A stretch of 64,000 bases of DNA from an uncultured Anaerolineaceae bacterium (GTDB taxonomy: Bacteria; Chloroflexota; Anaerolineae; Aggregatilineales; Phototrophicaceae). The stretch spans positions 33,551-97,550 of the forward strand of contig CAYUTY010000010.1 of NCBI GenBank assembly GCA_964447795.1. The letters are read 5' to 3'. Shown piece after piece: positions 40,074-49,052 of this stretch; the stretch's first letter is position 1, and the number at the start of each line of letters is the position of its first letter. The translations under genes and the position numbers were made by a program. Under the pieces are notes generated by a model. The model was not told where the DNA came from. It did no database searches and saw only the letters and a program-made list of their open reading frames with translations.

Positions 40074-40574
40074 ATGAAAAAGCTGCTGATTGTTCTGCTG
40101 GTGCTGGCCGGAACTTACACCATTTTTGCCAAAGGCCCATTTCAGAAGGTGATGGTCAGCGATGCCAGCGATCAACAGATAGAGATTACTGACCCACTGC
40201 TGCTTGAAGGCCTGTCGATGGGCGGCCTGATGGATTTGCGGAAAGGCCCAATCGACCCACCGCAAGGACTAGGCGAAAGTTTCACACTGCTGCGCTATTT
40301 TGCTGACCAGCAGGGAACTTATAAAGCCTTCGATCAGGTGCAGTATTATCCTGACCCGGCAGGGGGTACTGGCTATATATTTTATGAAGGGCTGGCCGTC
40401 GAAGGGGGTTGGTCAGAATTTGATGACAACTGGTATCAGGCAACCGAGGATGGCGCAGAAGCCATGCGGGCTGTGATAGCCACGTACAGTGGCGACCCAG
40501 CCGCCACGCCTGTCGCGGTTGCCTCGCGCTGGCGCTGGAACTGCTCATCCGCCCAACCGGAACGCCGCTGCTAA
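40074..40574 (+). CDS. Secreted hypothetical protein
   Basis: AGGAGG RBS; signal peptide MKKLLIVLLVLAG...IFA-KG. Confidence 0.65.
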   Translation: MKKLLIVLLVLAGTYTIFAKGPFQKVMVSDASDQQIEITDPLLLEGLSMGGLMDLRKGPIDPPQGLGESFTLLRYFADQQGTYKAFDQVQYYPDPAGGTGYIFYEGLAVEGGWSEFDDNWYQATEDGAEAMRAVIATYSGDPAATPVAVASRWRWNCSSAQPERRC

Positions 40575-40990
40575 CCGCCGGGTTCAGGCGTCGTGATTTT
40601 CTCTGTAAACAGATGGGTGATGCGGATGCGGGCTTCTTCCAGCGAGTCGGCAAACTGATAATGCTGGGTCAGCCTGGGATATAAGCGCTTGCCCATATCA
40701 TAAATAGAGCGCAGGAAGCGGCTGTCGCTGACGATGATAGTGCAGCCCCATTGATGCTGCGGCCCACCCCGGCTCATATTGAGCGACTGGATGAAAGCGC
40801 TGGGTGGCACATAATTCCGGCTGATCGAATCAAGTGGATTGACGATATAGTTGATTTTATCTGTCCGCCCTTGAATCAGCGCCACTCCTTCCTTGTAGCA
40901 GGCAGCAAATTCTTCCCATGTCCAGCGCCCGGACAGATCATAGCGTAATACGGTCTGTTCGGGATCATCCCACGCAATATAAACGGGCAT
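40571..40990 (-). CDS. STAS/SEC14-like small protein
   Basis: MPVYIAWDD..T.LRYD..GRWTWEEF...FADSLEEA. Confidence 0.7.
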   Translation of the reverse strand: MPVYIAWDDPEQTVLRYDLSGRWTWEEFAACYKEGVALIQGRTDKINYIVNPLDSISRNYVPPSAFIQSLNMSRGGPQHQWGCTIIVSDSRFLRSIYDMGKRLYPRLTQHYQFADSLEEARIRITHLFTEKITTPEPGG

Positions 40991-41059
40991 ACATCATTTC
41001 TCAAATCACTTTTTCAAGCAGTGTAGCACGCCTGTGACTGACCAACTGTTAAGGGCTGG

Positions 41060-41455
41060 TTAAGCGTTTCGAGCGGGCAGGTCGTGGAGCATGGCACGGG
41101 CTTCCTCCAGTGAAGCGGCGAAACTGTACCTGGCGGTGATTTTGGGGTAGAGGCGGCTGCCGAACTTTAACACAGAGCGAAACAGTGGGCTGCCGCTGAC
41201 GACCACTGTCCGTCCGGCATTGGGGGATGCCATGCGGTAAACACGAATGGTCTGATTGAGGACACCCGCTGGAAGATAACCCCGGCTTTCGTCATCAATG
41301 GGGTTGGCGATGAAATGTACCGTATGCGGCACACTGGCTAACAGAACTTTGCTCTGGCTATAAGCCACGATGAACTCGTCCCACGTCCACTTCCCGGCGA
41401 AGTCGTAGCGCACGATGGTTTTACTGTCATTGTCCCATTGAGCAGTAACAGGCAT
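41060..41455 (-). CDS. STAS/SEC14-like small protein (tandem paralog)
   Basis: MPVTAQWDN..TIVRYDF.GKWTWDEF...FAASLEEA. Confidence 0.7.
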   Translation of the reverse strand: MPVTAQWDNDSKTIVRYDFAGKWTWDEFIVAYSQSKVLLASVPHTVHFIANPIDDESRGYLPAGVLNQTIRVYRMASPNAGRTVVVSGSPLFRSVLKFGSRLYPKITARYSFAASLEEARAMLHDLPARNA

Positions 41456-41556
41456 AAACACCTTTTCTCCACTGAAGGCATCGCCAACGGCTGATCGTAA
41501 TCATTATAGATAGATTATGCATTTACTGCTACAACACAGGGACTGATTGACTATTT

Positions 41557-42912
41557 TTAGAATGATTGATGTGAAATTAGCAGCGCATTCAGCAGGGTTT
41601 CTTCCTGCCCTGGCAGTATGGTGCGCGGGTCGAGGAGGACACGGCCATCGGCGATACGGGCGATGACCGGGGGATCAGCAGCACGCAGGCGGGCGAGCAA
41701 GGCATCGGGGTTGGGCGTATCCAGCGCCAAGAGAGCCGTCGGCAGGGTTGCGCCCGGCAGACTGCCGCCGCCAACAGTGGACTCACCGGCGATCACACTG
41801 CCGCCAGTCGCCGCCGCCCAGCGTTCGGCCTGGGCGCGAATGGCATCCAGCGGGCGGGCGATCATCTGCCATACCGGGATTTTCGCCAGTGCTTCGCCTC
41901 GGCGGTAATGTTCCAGCGTGGCGGACAGCGCCGCCAGACACAGCTTGTCGGCGCGGACAGCGCGAGCCAGCGGATGCCGCCGGAGCTGCTCGACCAGCGC
42001 TTTTTTGCCGATGAGCAAACCGGCCTGCGGCCCGCCCAGCAGTTTATCACCACTGATGGCGATCAGATCAACCCCGGCGGCGATGCTCTCCTGAACGGTT
42101 GGTTCGTGTTCCAGGCCGAAGGGCGCGGTATCGAGCAGCGCCCCACTGCCGAGATCATCCACCAGATAGAGGTGATGCCGGCGGGCGATGTCGGCTAAAT
42201 CTTCACGGGGGGCGCTTTCAACGAAGCCAATCTGCTTAAAATTGGAGGCGTGCGCCCGCATCAGCAGGGCGGTATTGTCGCTGATGGCGCGTTCATAATC
42301 ACTCGCGCGGGTGCGGTTAGTCGCGCCGACTTCAACCAGTTTCGCGCCGCTTTGCGCCATCACATCCGGCACGCGGAAACCGCCGCCGATTTCGACCAGT
42401 TCGCCACGCGAGATGATGACTTCTTTTCCCCCTGCCAGCGCCGACAGCAGCAGCACCAGCGCCGAAGCGTTGTTGTTGACGACCAGCGCCGATTCCGCGC
42501 CGGTGATCTCGCTCAGGATGCGTTCGGCGTGGACGAGGCGGCTGCCGCGTTTGCCGCTTTCCAAATCAAATTCGAGCGTGCTGTAGCCAGCGGCTATCGC
42601 CAGCATGGCCTGCTGGGCGGCTTCGGAGAGCGGTGCGCGCCCCAGGTTGGTGTGGATGATGACGCCAGTGGCGTTGATGACCGGGCGCAGCGTTGGCCTG
42701 AACTGGCGGTGCAGCCGGGTTTCGGCGTGGGCGAGCAGCGAGTCGCTGTCCGTATTGATGGTTTCTCCGGCAAGCAGGCGTGAGCGGGACTCGTCCAGCA
42801 CGGCACGAAGGGCATTGACTGTTGATTCACGCCCATAGTCCGCGATAAGCGCCTGCGCTGCCGACGCATTGAGCAGGGTATCGACGGCAGGTAAAGAGCG
42901 AAGTTTATCCAC
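41557..42912 (-). CDS. selA: L-seryl-tRNA(Sec) selenium transferase
   Basis: VINATGVIIHTNLGRAPL, VNNNASA, SRGELVEIGGGFRVPDVM, SGDKLLGGPQAG. Confidence 0.95.
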   Translation of the reverse strand: MDKLRSLPAVDTLLNASAAQALIADYGRESTVNALRAVLDESRSRLLAGETINTDSDSLLAHAETRLHRQFRPTLRPVINATGVIIHTNLGRAPLSEAAQQAMLAIAAGYSTLEFDLESGKRGSRLVHAERILSEITGAESALVVNNNASALVLLLSALAGGKEVIISRGELVEIGGGFRVPDVMAQSGAKLVEVGATNRTRASDYERAISDNTALLMRAHASNFKQIGFVESAPREDLADIARRHHLYLVDDLGSGALLDTAPFGLEHEPTVQESIAAGVDLIAISGDKLLGGPQAGLLIGKKALVEQLRRHPLARAVRADKLCLAALSATLEHYRRGEALAKIPVWQMIARPLDAIRAQAERWAAATGGSVIAGESTVGGGSLPGATLPTALLALDTPNPDALLARLRAADPPVIARIADGRVLLDPRTILPGQEETLLNALLISHQSF

Positions 42913-43357
42913 TGCGTTCAAGCCGGATTTCCCGTGAGCGCAGGAAAAATTCAATTCCGGCGAAAACCAGCGCCAGGAAGAAAGCAATCGGCAGGTTCAG
43001 CACACGGGGGATTTGCAGCCAGGCACATAGTACCCCGAAGAGGCCAATCCAGATGCTCTGGCGGACGATGACGCCGCCGGGGGGCAGTTCAGCATCCACC
43101 GGGGTGAAACGCACATTGAGGTAGCGCACGAAAGGCAGCACAGTCCCGGTGAGGGCGATTTGCAGCAGCAGGAAAAATATCCAGCGCTGGCCGACGCGAG
43201 GCAGGGTGGTCGTGATGAGCTGGTAGAGGCCGAGCCAGCCGCCGACCATCATCACCACAGCCGCGATCATGACACCGATATGATCGGGCGGCATTTTGTC
43301 GGCGAAATAATCGTCCGGCGAGTCGTCGTTTAATTGAGGGTCGTTTGGCGTTGTCAT
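42905..43357 (-). CDS. Four-TM hypothetical membrane protein
   Basis: Hydrophobic segments; its stop overlaps the selA start. Confidence 0.7.
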   Translation of the reverse strand: MTTPNDPQLNDDSPDDYFADKMPPDHIGVMIAAVVMMVGGWLGLYQLITTTLPRVGQRWIFFLLLQIALTGTVLPFVRYLNVRFTPVDAELPPGGVIVRQSIWIGLFGVLCAWLQIPRVLNLPIAFFLALVFAGIEFFLRSREIRLERSG

Positions 43358-43494
43358 GCGTCAATTATAGCATCGGGCAGCGCTGCTACCACCCGCGTAT
43401 TTTGCCCTGCCAGCGCCTTTAGGGTATTCTGTAGGGGAAGGTTTCAAGCTCTTTTCTGGACATCTGCTGATTGCTGAAAGTTGAAAATCCGCTC

Positions 43495-44583
43495 ATGCTG
43501 GACTTAAAAAATCACCTGAAAACGCTGGTCGAAGCGCACGCCCCTTCCGGCCACGAAGCACCGATCCGCGAGATCATCCGCGAGGCGTGGACGCCGCTCA
43601 CCGACGAACTGCAACAGGATAAGCTTGGCAGTCTGATCGGCATCAAGCGGGGGACGACGCGGCTCGACCCGCCCCGGCGCATCATGCTGGCGGCGCATAT
43701 GGACGAAATCGGCCTGATGGTGCGTGACATTGTGGATGGCTTCCTCTATGTTCATCGCATCAGCGGGGTTGACCACCGGGTGATGCTGGCCCAGCCGGTG
43801 ATGGTGCATGGCCGCCGCCCGCTGCCCGGTGTCGTCGCCAGCGTGCCGCCTCATCTGATGGCTGCCGGGGCGACCAAAAAGTATCCTGGATTCGACGAGA
43901 TGGTGATTGACGTGGGTTTGCCTGCCGACGAGGTGAACAAACTGGTGCGGCTGGGCGACTTAATCACGCCGGATGTGCCGATGCTCGACCTGCTGGGCAA
44001 GCGGGTAGCGGGCAAGGCGATGGATGACCGCGCCTGTGTCGCGGCGGTGACGGCCTGCCTCGATGCGCTTAAAGGTATCAGCCATTCATGGGATGTGTAC
44101 GCGGCGGCGACGGTGCAGGAAGAAACCGGCCTGTACGGCGCGGCGACGGCGGCCTACCACATCCAGCCGGACATCGCTATCGCGCTTGATGTAACCTTTG
44201 CTCCACAGAGCGGCGTGGATGGCGACGACACCAGCGAAATCGGCGGCGGGCCATCCATCGGCATCGGGCCGAATTTTCACCCCAAACTGCTGAGCCGTAT
44301 CAAGGACACCGCTCGACAGTACGAGATCAAACTACAGGACGATCATATTCCCGGCGCGAGCGGCACAGACGCCTGGGCGATTCAGGTGGCGCTGGAAGGC
44401 ATCCCGACGGCGCTGCTGGAAGTGCCGCTGCGGAATATGCATTCGCCGGTGGAAACCTGCGACCTGCGCGACATCGAACGGGCGGGGCGGCTGATGGCCT
44501 ATTTCATCGCCGGGCTGGACGCGGATTTCCTGACAGCGATTGACTGGGACGACCTGAAGGCGGAAGCGAAAGAGAAGGTATGA
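43495..44583 (+). CDS. M42 family metallopeptidase
   Basis: APSGHE, AAHMDEIG, KAMDDR, TVQEETG, ALDVT, GTDA, NMHSPVE. Confidence 0.95.
   Translation: MLDLKNHLKTLVEAHAPSGHEAPIREIIREAWTPLTDELQQDKLGSLIGIKRGTTRLDPPRRIMLAAHMDEIGLMVRDIVDGFLYVHRISGVDHRVMLAQPVMVHGRRPLPGVVASVPPHLMAAGATKKYPGFDEMVIDVGLPADEVNKLVRLGDLITPDVPMLDLLGKRVAGKAMDDRACVAAVTACLDALKGISHSWDVYAAATVQEETGLYGAATAAYHIQPDIAIALDVTFAPQSGVDGDDTSEIGGGPSIGIGPNFHPKLLSRIKDTARQYEIKLQDDHIPGASGTDAWAIQVALEGIPTALLEVPLRNMHSPVETCDLRDIERAGRLMAYFIAGLDADFLTAIDWDDLKAEAKEKV
44497..44564 (+). repeat. Left copy of a 68-bp direct repeat (3' end of the M42 gene)
   Basis: 64/68 identical to 45241-45308. Confidence 0.92.
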
Positions 44584-44596
44584 GGATACCAGGAAC

Positions 44597-44818
44597 ATGT
44601 TGTCTGAGAAATTGATTGCGGAACTGCATGAACTCAGCCTCGTGGAAAAACTGCGGGTCGTCCAATTGCTGGTCAATGATCTGGCGGCCAGCACCGACGC
44701 ACATTTACTGCTGTCGAACACACAGTATGAAGTGTGGTCACCTTATGACTCGGCGGGCGCAGCGGCAGATTTGATGGACATGCTGGAAGAATCGACACGT
44801 CATGCATCCGACACCTGA
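44597..44818 (+). CDS. 73-aa small protein, antitoxin-like partner
   Basis: LSLVEKLRVVQLL...YEVWSPYDS..AA..L..ML; overlaps the downstream ORF. Confidence 0.7.
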   Translation: MLSEKLIAELHELSLVEKLRVVQLLVNDLAASTDAHLLLSNTQYEVWSPYDSAGAAADLMDMLEESTRHASDT

Positions 44819-45233
44819 AACGGCACGTTTTCCGTATGTGCCTGTGAAAAACGCCCTGGGAGAAGTCGCATGGCGTCCAATCCTCTCATTTCATCTCAGC
44901 TATCAAGGCCGCTCCAGCCTTGTTTCCGGGTTGGTAGACAGTGGGGCGGATGTAAATGTGCTGCCTTATCGAGTGGGATTGGATTTAGGACTCAACTGGC
45001 AGGAACAGGGCCGCGCCATCGAATTATCTGGAAATTTGGCACACTATAAAGCACGAGGCGTTATTCTCCTGGCACAGGTTGAGGCTTTTAGGCCAGTTGC
45101 GCTCGCATTCGCCTGGACTCAGGCAGAACAGGTGCCACTTTTACTCGGCCAGGTTAATTTTTTACGCGAATTTGATATCTGCTTTTTTGGCTTCCAACGT
45201 GAATTCTCCATCACTTTGCGTTCCTCGCTTTGA
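44802..45233 (+). CDS. Retropepsin-like (clan AA) aspartic protease
   Basis: LVDSGADVNVLP (D-S/T-G) and C-terminal PLLLGQ.NFL. Confidence 0.75.
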   Translation: MHPTPETARFPYVPVKNALGEVAWRPILSFHLSYQGRSSLVSGLVDSGADVNVLPYRVGLDLGLNWQEQGRAIELSGNLAHYKARGVILLAQVEAFRPVALAFAWTQAEQVPLLLGQVNFLREFDICFFGFQREFSITLRSSL

Positions 45234-45240
45234 ATTTAAA

Positions 45241-45324
45241 GCCTATTTCATCGCCGGGTCGGACGCGGTTTTCCTGACAACGATTGACTGGGACGACCTG
45301 AAGGCGGATGAAAAAGTAAAGTGA
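45241..45324 (+). pseudogene. Duplicated 3' fragment of the M42 peptidase gene (right repeat)
   Basis: Encodes AYFIAGSDAVFLTTIDWDDLKADEKVK* versus AYFIAGLDADFLTAIDWDDLKAEAKEKV* in the gene. Confidence 0.9.
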
Positions 45325-45363
45325 TGAGTTACGAGTCCTGAGTTAAAAGATTACGGATTATTG

Positions 45364-45583
45364 TGGCGGCGGCGGCGGCGGTGAAAGCATTTTGATTTTT
45401 CCTGCCACCGCCATTTCATTTGTGACCATTGCGACACTGGCAAACGGGTTTTTGCCGTAAATTTCCCGGTTGAGGCTTATTCAGGGGCGGCGCAGGGACT
45501 CAATAGAACAAGTTTAGCAGGAAAATGGGGCGAGGGGTGAAACATTTGTCATAACATTTGTTTCGATTTTGAGGGGAGATTTT
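45364..45583 (-). repeat. Dispersed non-coding element, copy 3 (inverted)
   Basis: Reverse complement matches the 5' and 3' blocks of copy 2 almost base for base. Confidence 0.9.
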
Positions 45584-45585
45584 CC

Positions 45586-45620
45586 GTTAAAAGGGGAAAG
45601 TTAAAGGTTAAAAGGGGAAT
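45586..45620 (+). repeat. Heptamer tandem (GTTAAAA/GGGGAAA variants) x5
   Basis: GTTAAAA GGGGAAA GTTAAAG GTTAAAA GGGGAAT; GTTAAAA is the reverse complement of the TTTTAAC unit next to copy 1. Confidence 0.75.
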
Positions 45621-45731
45621 GGGGTGGGCAGCGGAAGCAGGGGAAGGGACGAAACCCAAGCGCACTAACGGCGCTCTGACCCGCCGGGATAGGTAGCGCG
45701 TAATACATCTTCGCTCGCGGGCTAACGCTCT

Positions 45732-45765
45732 AAAAGGTAAGCGGGAGAAACCGCATCCCGCTTAC
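45732..45765 (-). terminator. Intrinsic terminator of the SDR gene
   Basis: GTAAGCGGGA...TCCCGCTTAC 10-bp stem, then CTTTT on the minus strand. Confidence 0.6.
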
Positions 45766-45781
45766 TATCAGCCCAAGCAGA

Positions 45782-46612
45782 TCACTGATGGCGCCAACTG
45801 GCGACGATTAACCTGCCGTCAATGTCGGTAAAGCCATACTCCGCCGCCAGATCACCGACCCACAAGGACTGGCCGGATTTTTTCAGCACTTCCTTATCAG
45901 CAGCCAGCGCGGCAACGGCCCGCCCGGTGTACTGGGGCGATTCCGAGTTGGACAAGTCCATAAACTCCGCATATTTCAGGATGCCCTCGGTTCGTACCAG
46001 ACCGGGATAGAGCGCCACCGCCGCCACATTTTCAGCACGCAGGTCAGCCGCCATCTCAGCCGCCAGGCGATCCGTGCCGGTTTTGGCGATATGATAAGCG
46101 GGGCTGCCGTAGCTGCTGATGTGGTGAGAGACACAGGCAATCAGCCCATGTTTTTGCCTGACCATCAGGCGGGCGGCGAAGGCGCTGGCGATGTAGGCTG
46201 CACGCAGGCCAGAGAGGTTGTCATCCCAGAAGGAGAGCCGCCGCTGCCAGAAGCGCTGTTCCAGCGGAAAATCGCTGCCATCGTGCAGCCCTTCATAGCC
46301 TGCCCAGGCAGCATTAACGAGAAGGTCGAGCCGCCCCTGTTCGGTTTCGACTCGCTGGAAGAGGGCTTCGGTCTCGCTGTCAATCCGATGGTCGCAGCGA
46401 TGGCTGATGCCGACACCGCCCATTGTTGTGACTTCCGCCGCCGTTTCTTCCACCGTACCGGCCAGGGGAACGGAGGCGGGATGGCCCGCGCCGGTGCGCC
46501 CAGTCACATAGACTGTCGCGCCCGCCTCACCCAGGCTGAGGGCGATGCCCTTGCCAATACCCCGGCTGGCACCGGTGACAACAGCGATTTTGCCTTTTAA
46601 AGACAGGTTCAT
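45782..46612 (-). CDS. Short-chain dehydrogenase/reductase (DHRS1-like)
   Basis: VTGASRGIG, LVNAAW, YHIAK (YxxxK), YPGLVRTE, SESPQYTGRAV. Confidence 0.92.
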   Translation of the reverse strand: MNLSLKGKIAVVTGASRGIGKGIALSLGEAGATVYVTGRTGAGHPASVPLAGTVEETAAEVTTMGGVGISHRCDHRIDSETEALFQRVETEQGRLDLLVNAAWAGYEGLHDGSDFPLEQRFWQRRLSFWDDNLSGLRAAYIASAFAARLMVRQKHGLIACVSHHISSYGSPAYHIAKTGTDRLAAEMAADLRAENVAAVALYPGLVRTEGILKYAEFMDLSNSESPQYTGRAVAALAADKEVLKKSGQSLWVGDLAAEYGFTDIDGRLIVASWRHQ

Positions 46613-46771
46613 TTTGTCCTCCTGAGCGTTTATGGTGAAGCCAGAGGATGCCATAAATACAGCCTGGAAATCACCCTAAATAGTGGCGTTTCAGGCTGGC
46701 ACGCGCTATACTATGCTTTCATTGACAACCGTAATTGCTGTCTGCGCGAGAGCGTACAGCCTTATCCAGAG

Positions 46772-46796
46772 ACCTGGCCGAAGCCGGGTTTTTTTT
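46772..46796 (+). terminator. Intrinsic terminator with no + strand gene upstream
   Basis: ACCTGGC-CGAA-GCCGGGT followed by a T-run. Confidence 0.7.
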
Positions 46797-46931
46797 ATGC
46801 CAAATGCTGCATGGATATCAGGCGGAAGGGAAAGGGGTCGCGCTGTTGAGGATGAATAGAGAAAATGGCGAGCTAGAGGACATGACCGCCGAACCCGCAC
46901 CTACCGAGCGGCGGTCAAAAACTGGAAAGGA

Positions 46932-48881
46932 TCAGGCGAAAATGACGTACTGCCTGAGGAAGCTGGTGACGGCATTGTAATAATGCTCGATGGTTTCCGG
47001 TTTGCGCCAGCCGTGACCCTCACCGGCGTAGAGATGATATTCGTGGGGGATGTTACGCGCCCGCAGCGAGGCCACGATGGCTTCTGACTGTGCTTTGGGG
47101 ACGACTTTATCATCCTCACCCTGAAAGACGATCAGCGGGTCAACAATTTTCTGCGCGTGAAAAATCGGCGAGCGGAGGCGGTAATTGTCGGCAGCTTCCG
47201 GCAGCGTCCCCAGCAGCGAGTCGGAATAGCGCTCCTCGAATTTGTGGGTATCGGCCACCAGCGTAAACTGGTTACTTACACCGAAGAGGCAGACGCCTGC
47301 CTTGTAGAAGCCGGGCTTATCGACCAGCGATTGCAGCACGGTGAAGCCACCGGCGCTGCCACCCATAATCACCACTTTACGGGCATCGGCTAAGCCCTGC
47401 GCTGCCAGATGGGCCGCGCCAGATGCGGAGTCTTCAACATCGTATAGTCCCCAGTTGCCGCGCAGTTTGTTCATATAAGCCTTGCCGTAGCCGGTGCTGC
47501 CGCGATGGTTAGGGAAGAGGACGGCATAACCGCGTGTGGCGAAAAACTGCGCCACAGCACTATAACCGGCTGTCACCTGTGAGGTTGGCCCGCCATGCAC
47601 ATGGACGATGAGCGGCGGCGCACCGGTGCCGTCGTAGCGGGTGCTGGCCGGGGCATAATACAGCCCGTGCGCGTCCTCACCATCATGCCCTTTCCAGGTG
47701 ATGGCCTGGGCTTCAGCCAGCTCGTCGGATGGCACATTTTCCGAACCGGCACGGCGGTGAATCTGCTCACCGGCTTCTGTGCCGACGATAACCTGAATGC
47801 TGGGAGGGCTGCTGGAGAGGGATAAAATTGATGGCACATCGGCCTCATCCGGCTGGATACTGACAATGCGGGGCGAAATTTTTGGGCCGGAGGCGATGAA
47901 GGCGATGCTGCCGCTGGCCGAAACCGCAACCTGGTCGATGTCGGCATAATGATCGAGGCCGGGAATACGCGCTGTGTTCCCAGTGGCAACATCGCTCTGC
48001 CAGAGGCTGCTGAAACCCTGCTGATTAACGACATAGACGATGCTGCGGCTGTCGGGCGTCCAGCCATAGAGGCGCAAGCCCTGTATCCAGGCAGGCGCGC
48101 CGTGATCGGCCTCGGCAGTCGTCAACTGGTGATGAGTCTGGTGGGCGATGTTATAGAGATAAAGCTGATTCCAGCCAGTCGTATCACTGATATAGGAAAG
48201 CCAGCGGCCATCGGGAGAAAACTCCGGCTGGAAAATGGCGGTGTGGGCGTCTCCGGCGAGCGTCTCCGTTTCAGCCGCATAAGGGACTCCAGCGCGGTCA
48301 TATTCCAGCACGCCCAAACGCAGCTCAGTGCCATCCCAGGGCATGTTGGGGTGATCCCAGGCGATATAAGCGACGTATTCTCCGGCGGGATGCCAGGCAG
48401 GCTGCATCACAAAATCAGTCCCGCTGGCGAAGCGGCGCGGCCATATTTTGCCCTCCGTATCGACCAGCGCCAGCGAGTCGCTTCGTTCATAACTGTGGAC
48501 GTAGAGCAGCCAGCGGCCATCGGGTGAGAGGCGCGGCGCGGCGACATCGCCAAAAGCCGGGGTGAGGGGCAGGGCAGCGCCAGCGGAGAGCGGCTGTTTA
48601 TATAATCTGCCACCCGGCCCGGCGAAGTAAACATAAGCGCCATCCGCCGTGAAATCGCCACCGCCGTAGCCAACACCGGCACGTGCTGAGAGGTCGCCGG
48701 TGAGGTCACGGGGGGCCTGGACACCCTGCTGCGCTACGATGACGCCGCGTGCGCCACGCCCTTCGTGCCAGACAAGCGTATCGCCATCCCATTGGACATC
48801 ATTGAGGCGGAGGCTTTCCGCCAGCGAACGCGGTGAGATCGGGCTGTTCCAGGTGCCGAAAGCCCTGATGCTTTTTGCCAT
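46932..48881 (-). CDS. S9 family (prolyl oligopeptidase / acylaminoacyl) peptidase
   Basis: Beta-propeller; HGGPT, GGSAGG (Ser), QGEDDKVV (Asp), GEGHG (His). Confidence 0.93.
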   Translation of the reverse strand: MAKSIRAFGTWNSPISPRSLAESLRLNDVQWDGDTLVWHEGRGARGVIVAQQGVQAPRDLTGDLSARAGVGYGGGDFTADGAYVYFAGPGGRLYKQPLSAGAALPLTPAFGDVAAPRLSPDGRWLLYVHSYERSDSLALVDTEGKIWPRRFASGTDFVMQPAWHPAGEYVAYIAWDHPNMPWDGTELRLGVLEYDRAGVPYAAETETLAGDAHTAIFQPEFSPDGRWLSYISDTTGWNQLYLYNIAHQTHHQLTTAEADHGAPAWIQGLRLYGWTPDSRSIVYVVNQQGFSSLWQSDVATGNTARIPGLDHYADIDQVAVSASGSIAFIASGPKISPRIVSIQPDEADVPSILSLSSSPPSIQVIVGTEAGEQIHRRAGSENVPSDELAEAQAITWKGHDGEDAHGLYYAPASTRYDGTGAPPLIVHVHGGPTSQVTAGYSAVAQFFATRGYAVLFPNHRGSTGYGKAYMNKLRGNWGLYDVEDSASGAAHLAAQGLADARKVVIMGGSAGGFTVLQSLVDKPGFYKAGVCLFGVSNQFTLVADTHKFEERYSDSLLGTLPEAADNYRLRSPIFHAQKIVDPLIVFQGEDDKVVPKAQSEAIVASLRARNIPHEYHLYAGEGHGWRKPETIEHYYNAVTSFLRQYVIFA

Positions 48882-48944
48882 ACTTCCCCCGTAGCTGCAA
48901 TAAAACAGGGACACGGTTCGCCGCGTCCCTGTTAATTATACCTG

Positions 48945-49052
48945 CAAAATAAATGCCCCGTGAGGACGGGGCATTTGTTGGACCCTGAGGTGTGGAAGAG
49001 GCATAAAATTTATTTAATAACTTTTTTTGTTTTCCACACCTGTCAATTTTCT
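48945..49052 (-). ncRNA. Candidate ~105-nt sRNA or attenuated leader
   Basis: TTGACT-N17-TATATT promoter (49087-49059); AGGTGTGGAA/TTCCACACCT stem; terminator AAATGCCCCGT..ACGGGGCATTT + ATTTT. Confidence 0.5.

Noticed and set aside
5861..45583. Dispersed element or heptamer tandems as a CRISPR array
   Set aside because: Copies are about 20 kb apart, there is no regular repeat-spacer period, and no cas genes are present.
45645..45730. Possible hammerhead/HDV ribozyme or attC site (GGACGAAAC, GGCTAAC, CTAAC)
   Set aside because: No CTGATGA core, wrong helix order for HDV, no closing GTTRRRY, and no integron integrase.
46760..46822. SAM-I riboswitch-like words (CTTATCCAGAG, CTGGCC, GAAGCC, TGCCAAAT.CTGCA)
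   Set aside because: Lacks the GAGGGA kink-turn strand and the GCAACC motif, and has no downstream + strand gene. An Infernal search would settle it.
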